DNA of 52,558 nt, counting the filler, from Squatina squatina (Eukaryota), in assembly GCA_031763465.1 (NCBI GenBank). It is 3 parts of 2 records of this genome, joined end to end, with 100 filler letters (N's around TTAATTAATTAA, not from the genome) between each part and the next. Parts side by side here need not be neighbours in the genome. Positions count along the whole stretch, not along the records: positions 39,400 to 52,558 come from JARFOE010000162.1; 2 more parts are not named here. One strand, 5' to 3'. The notes beneath the pieces are model-generated. The model had not been told where the DNA came from and searched no databases. It saw only the letters and a program-made list of their open reading frames with translations. The stretch's first letter is position 1; the number at the start of each line of letters is the position of its first letter. The position numbers and the translations under genes were made by a program. This document shows, piece after piece, positions 46,790-52,558 of this stretch.

Positions 46790-47163
46790 CATACTGATTT
46801 CCTTCAGTTCCTCCCTCACTGGATCCTTGGTTCCCTAAAATTTCTGGGAAGTTATTTGTATCCTCTTTTGTGAAGACAGAACCAAAGTATGTGTTTAATT
46901 GCTCTGCCATTTCATTATTCCCCATTATAAATTCGCCCATTTCTGACTGTAACAGAACTACATTTGTCTTCGCTAATCTTTTTCTATTAATATATTTGTA
47001 GAAGCTTTTGCAGTCCGCTTTTAATTTATTCTCATGCTCTATTTTTCCCCTATTAACCAATCTCTTGGTCCTTCTTTGCTGAATTCTAACTGCTCCCAAT
47101 CCTCAGGCTTGCTACTTTTTCTGGTAACTTTCTATGACTCCTCTTTGGGTCTAATACTATCCT
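46790..47163 (-). mobile_element. CR1 LINE ORF2 fragment
   Basis: KADCKSFYKYINRKRLAKTNV...EMAEQLNTYFGSVFTKED, the CR1 linker between EN and RT. Confidence 0.9.
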
Positions 47164-47865
47164 TCAATGGAGATTGAGGAGGGGGTCAATGGAAAGTGAG
47201 GAGGGGATCAAGTAGATTGAGTCCCACTCCCAAGACTAGGATGTCACGTGTTCCTCTATCAGAGATGAACTAACACAGCACAGAAATGGGAATTGAATTT
47301 GGGGTTTGTGCATCTGAGTGCATTGTTTACAGCAACAGAAATTCACTCTCATTTCCTCAACATGCGGGGTTCATTAAAAAGCTCCTGCTATTTTCCCCAA
47401 CCCACCCCCGCAACCACAAAATTTCAGAGTAGTTTTTGTCTACTTGGCAAAATTGGGAATATCACGACGCCAGACAGAAAATCTCTTGCTCCTTGGATGC
47501 TATGAATATTAATTTCATTTAATGGTCTTCATTTATTGCATTTAACATTTGTAATATTCAGTAAACCTACTAAATTATAATATGGATATCAGGAAAGCTA
47601 TAAGGAATTAAATTATCCCCACAATAAATTTCTAATGCACATTTCTACCATGCAGCATCTATAAAAAGATGATTATTTCAGATGTTTGATGTTGTAAAAG
47701 CGGAACTGGAGAACTGCATAAAATTATGACATTATTTAGCCAATTGTATTTTTGGAATATTAAAATATACGTTAAGCAGATAGTGGTGTCACGGTCTTTA
47801 ACTAGCTGATTAGCTTTCCCAACGAGTGACTATTAGCCCAACAGCACACAGGAAAGCAAGGCCTA

Positions 47866-47996
47866 GCATTTATTACAACAGTTGCAGCCACAGGACGTCC
47901 CAAAGCACTTCACAGCCAATTAAGTTCTTTTGAAGTGTAATGTAGGGAAACACAGCAGCCAATTTGCACACAGCATGGTCCCACAAGCAGCAATGA
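47866..47996 (-). mobile_element. Deu-SINE 3' fragment
   Basis: caggacgtcccaaagcacttcacagccaat...gcagccaatttgcacacagca. Confidence 0.7.
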
Positions 47997-48126
47997 GTGT
48001 GTACTGTCAGCCAGGATGATGTATTTNNNNNNNNNNNNNNNNNNNNNNNNNNNNNNNNNNNNNNNNNNNNNNNNNNNNNNNNNNNNNNNNNNNNNNNNNN
48101 NNNNNNNNNNNNNNNNNNNNNNNNNN

Positions 48127-48355
48127 GTGGTTAGAGTGTGGAACTTTCTATCACATGGAGTAGTTGAGACAAATAGCCTGGATGCATTTAAGGTGAAACT
48201 AGATAAGCATGAGGGAGAAAGGAATCTAAGGATATGCTGATCGAGTTAGGTAAAGTAGGGTGGGAGGAGGTTCGTGTGGAGCATGAATGCTGGCACAGAC
48301 CAGTTGAGCTAAATGGCTGGTTTCTAATCTGTAAATTCTGTGTCATTCTATGTAA
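48127..48355 (+). mobile_element. CR1 LINE 3' end
   Basis: VVRVWNFLSHGVVETNSLDAFKVKLDK followed by a 3'UTR. Confidence 0.8.
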
Positions 48356-50606
48356 CAAAAAGGTGCTCTCTAGGTAAACTTAGAATTGAAAGTTAATGTG
48401 TGTTGGAGTTGTTAATACTGCATAAATTGAAAGCTGAAACAAAATGTTAGATTTACAATTTAATCCTAGCTTTGGTATAATTGAATAAACTGCCACACTT
48501 TATGATCTATATAGCAATGTATTTATCTATTGATTGACATTTTACACTTTCAGGGTCATTTATTTCCTGACCAGGATTAAATTATAGTAATTTTCCTTTC
48601 TAACTGGTGTGGCTTTCTGGTGTGGTGCAGCTTTAATATCAGATCCACATAAACAAAACACAGGGCTTTAACTTTATGCTCCTAGATCTGGAAAATGCCC
48701 TACTTGTATTCCATATTTTAAATACAGTTTCGGAGGAAGCATGTCCAAATGAATAGCATTAATATCTTGCAAGGAAAGCCATTCTTTTCCCTCCAAAAAT
48801 GCTTAAAATCCAAGAGTGGCAGGAAACTTCTCCCCGTAAACCCCTTGAGTGGGCCCCTGACCCCTGGCAGGTTTTGGAGAGGCTTGCTCACTTGATTTCA
48901 ATATTTAACGGTGGACATCTCTGTAGTTTTAAAGTGTGTTATATTGTAAAGTCAAAAAAGGATTGCAGGAAATGTAAATGTCTCACTCTCTATTTTATCT
49001 TACTGATGGTTATTTTTATGGTTTACAGATTTATTTATTTTTAAAATGGTGCAGGTTATATATGTGACATTAAGCAGAACCACTTTGACCACAAACCATA
49101 TAATACTGGTGTTTAAAATTAAGTAGATAGATCAGACTAATAGTTAGCATATTTCAGAATGAAAGCCCAGTGTGAGGAACTCAGGACAGCGATGCATGTA
49201 TTTATTTGTGTCTAGTTTTGCGGGGTCTGAAATTATCCCAAGCGTTTTTGTTCATTTCCACGTAAATTCATAGTTGGTAAAGCAAAATAATAATTCACTA
49301 AGTTTCCTCTTAATAGCATGCTGCCGGTACTTCACTGGAAATCCATCGGCTTGATGCAGTGTACAGGGCAACAGTGCTATATGCTACAGTGTCTGACTGG
49401 TATTTGTCTTCAGAAACTGCTTTTTTGCTTTTGAGGCTGAAGAAAATGTAGCTTTTTCATTTAAAAAATATGTATTTGTTCCTCTTTTAATGGACTAATC
49501 ACCTGGGACCTCTTTCATACACTTCCAAACTGGTATAGGAAGCTTTGGAGCAGGTTGCCTATCCTCCAAACCCCCGCCCCCAGGTACTGAATAGTATCTA
49601 TTGTACATTGTGGGTAGATTCGATCTCTTAAAATTAACCATTTTCATATCCTCGGAAATTATGCTCCTTTTTCAACACAAACTCCTGAAAATGTTGGCAC
49701 AACTTTAAAAAATTACTTGAACAGAGAATACAGAAGTAAAGCAGGCAATCACGGTGTTATCTTCCATTGTATTGGTTGGCCATACTCCCTCCCTCTACCT
49801 GGGAGATCATTCCTATTTAGTGCTGTATACTTTTCATGGCCATTTCCTTTCTTCCTTATGCCTATCTGTGCAAGGTTATGTAAAGTGGCAAACTATCTCA
49901 AAATGATTGTGGGGAGAGGAAGGAAAGCATTAGCTACTCTTGGATTGGAGAGCAGTATATATTTGTAACATTTCAGAACTCACATTCCCTCACACTGCAC
50001 ACATGTACAAATGTCAGAAGATAATAATTCGAGCACTGTCTGCACATTGCGGTGGGCTGTGTATTTGTGAGGGGCAAAAGACAAAATTTATGGATTGAGA
50101 TCGATTTGATTCTGAATTGATTAAGAGGGGTTCTGGTGGAAAAACTAAGGACTGAATCATCCAAAATTCTGCCAATTTGTCTTCCGCTCAAGTTTCCAAT
50201 GCAGCAGAAGTTTGCTGATCGTGGAGAGCAGCGAGAGGCACCTCGGAGTGTCAGCAAAATCCAAGTGACGGATGAATTCATTTCAAGCAAATCAGTTAAA
50301 GTGCCCATGAGAAATTTTTATGGCCTTGTGAAAGAAAAAAAAAATCAGCTTTGCTGTTTTAGCAGTTTACCACTTGATTCTTTGATTTAAGCTATGTTTA
50401 ATTGGGAAGAGTGGCAAGTCAGCACCAGGAGAGACAAACTGCGCTAAAGCAGCAGGCACACCAAGATTAAGAGAGAACAGCCCTTAACTTGAAAAGTGTT
50501 ATTCTTNNNNNNNNNNNNNNNNNNNNNNNNNNNNNNNNNNNNNNNNNNNNNNNNNNNNNNNNNNNNNNNNNNNNNNNNNNNNNNNNNNNNNNNNNNNNNN
50601 NNNNNN

Positions 50607-50748
50607 TTTGACCAAGCTTTTGGGCACCCTTCCAAATATCTAATTCTTTAGATTAGCATCTATTTTATTCTGGTTACACCACTGTGAAGCACCTAGGGAC
50701 ATTCTCTACATTAAAAGGTGCTATGTAAATGTAAGTAGTTGTTGTTGT
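50607..50748 (+). mobile_element. L2 LINE 3' tail
   Basis: tttgaccaagcttttggg...ctgtgaagcacctagggac...aaaggtgctatgtaaatgtaagtagttgttgttg. Confidence 0.7.
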
Positions 50749-51865
50749 CGGTATCTTTGGTGAATAATTCCAATGCAAGGATAAACAAGACAGACGTTAG
50801 CAATTACCTGGCTTGGTTCCATGATAGTTTGAACGTAGGATTGATACAACCTTTAGTTACAGTCGTAACAGAAGGCTTGGTGTACCTAATAAAAACCCGT
50901 TAAGGACAAAAGGACGAGGAAAATGCCAGGGTGTAGGGAGCAAGTATCATCCAGTCAACCATCAAATGGTGCAGATGCTGCAGGGGCGTAGCGATCACGT
51001 GAATCAAGTTAATCAAACTCTTGCTATTATCCAAGGACAGTCTGTTGGCAACAAACATTCACCTGGTTCCGATGCATTACATGGGAGCTGACTTTTACAC
51101 AATCTGTTTGCCATCACTCTCATTATTTTTTAATTGACATACGGAGGTGAAATTGTACAGGCACAAATAGTGTTGTAGCCTCAGTTCTAAGTCTCTCAGC
51201 CAGCGAATACTGAAAGACATTTCCAGTTTTGCAACTGAAAACATTGCTTCTATTGCATACTTTCTATAGATGTGATCTTGCACAGCACATTAATTGCTAA
51301 ACGCAATATCTGACTCAGTTAAATTGAGAATGGAGCACATATTGTTCACTTTAACTGATCAGAGAGAAGTCAGGACTAATTTTGGTTGATCTGGGGCCCT
51401 GGGCCAGGATATGTTCTCCTCATGCACCTCTCTTCCTCAAAACATTATCAGCTGGGACACATGTCCACCAAAAGAGTCCCGAGGAAAATATGTCTGCCAA
51501 AAGCAAACCGGACACTTTCCTTATTAAAGAATACAATTTTGAAATTGGCTCTTAGCTGGTCTCAGCAGACAGCTCAGTTACACAAAGCTTTGCTGTTCCT
51601 CCTGCATTTTATTTGTGCATACAGTACAGAGCTAGCAATGCAGATGACTTACTTCCAAATAAACTAACCTGGTAGAAATATTTTTTTGCCCGGTCTAGAG
51701 TATAACAGTAAACTCCACTATTGCCACGACTGCACCCGGCCCGCTGGTCGGCCCACTTGTTCCCTNNNNNNNNNNNNNNNNNNNNNNNNNNNNNNNNNNN
51801 NNNNNNNNNNNNNNNNNNNNNNNNNNNNNNNNNNNNNNNNNNNNNNNNNNNNNNNNNNNNNNNNN

Positions 51866-52558
51866 CCTTACTGTTCTTTGCGACGTTATAAGCTTCTTCT
51901 TTCAATCTAATGCTATCCTTAACTACTTCAGTTAGCCATGGGTGGACCACTTTTCCTTGGAGTTTTTGTTTCTCAATGGAATGTATTTTTGAGAATTATG
52001 AAATATTTCGTTAAATGCTATCCACTGCTCAACTACTACCATACTCTTCAATCTATTTTTCCAATCTACTTTAGCCAACTCGCCCCTCATACCTATCTAA
52101 TTGGCTTTATTTAAGTTTAAGCCTCTAGTTTCGGACGTGGCAAGTCACTCTCAAACATAATGTGAAATTCTATCATATTAAGATCACTCTGCCCCAGATA
52201 TTGCTAATTAACCCTGTCTCATTAAAAAATACAAGATCTAAAATAACCTGTTCCCTGGTAGATTCCATGACGTATTGCTCTAGGAATCTGTCCCGAATGC
52301 ATTCCATTAAATCGTCCTCCAGGCTACTCTTGCCAATTTGATTTGTCCAGTCGATAGGAAGATTAAAGTCTCCCATGATTGTTACATTGCCTTTGTTACA
52401 AGCTTCTACTATTTCTTGATTAATGTTCAGTCCAATGGTAGAGCTACTGTTAGTTTTCTGACCCTTGTTATTCCTTATCTCCACCCATACTGATTCAACT
52501 TCCTAATCTTCCGAGCCGACATCCTTTCTCTCTTATGTCATCCTTTATTATCAGGGCT
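51866..52558 (-). mobile_element. CR1 LINE ORF2 endonuclease fragment
   Basis: IMGDFNLPIDW...FLEQYVMESTREQVILDLVF and PWLTEVVKDSIRLKEEAY are APE endonuclease motifs. Confidence 0.9.

Noticed and set aside
960-52484. Most ORFs in the supplied track, especially those containing X runs
   Set aside because: They read through N gaps, start at non-ATG codons, or are antisense or shifted frames of repeats. Real genes here are short spliced exons that the track mostly misses.

Overview
This window is non-repeat-masked vertebrate genomic DNA, most likely from a cartilaginous fish (shark), judged from its repeat families; it is not prokaryotic. It comes from a very fragmented assembly with many exactly-100-N gaps. 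Two artificial linkers (44N+TTAATTAATTAA+44N, at 26806-26905 and 39300-39399) split it into three probably unrelated pieces. Piece 1 (1-26805) holds four exons of MBOAT1 on the minus strand, including the last coding exon, and three consecutive exons of CDKAL1 on the plus strand. This matches the human 6p22 MBOAT1-E2F3-CDKAL1 block, but E2F3 and many exons are not visible and probably fall in gaps. Piece 2 (26906-39299) has no gene I recognise; it holds one good unassigned exon candidate and a decayed PIF/Harbinger-type Myb/SANT gene. Piece 3 (39400-52558) holds the first coding exon of a type II cadherin, best matching CDH22. The rest is mostly fragments of CR1, L2, RTE and Penelope-like retroelements, Deu-domain and other tRNA-SINEs, and MITEs. 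The most notable non-obvious signal is a minimal hammerhead-ribozyme core in a Penelope-like terminal fragment inside a CDKAL1 intron. I cannot support a claim of a wholly new biological system. Gene and repeat identities rest on recalled reference sequences, not database searches.
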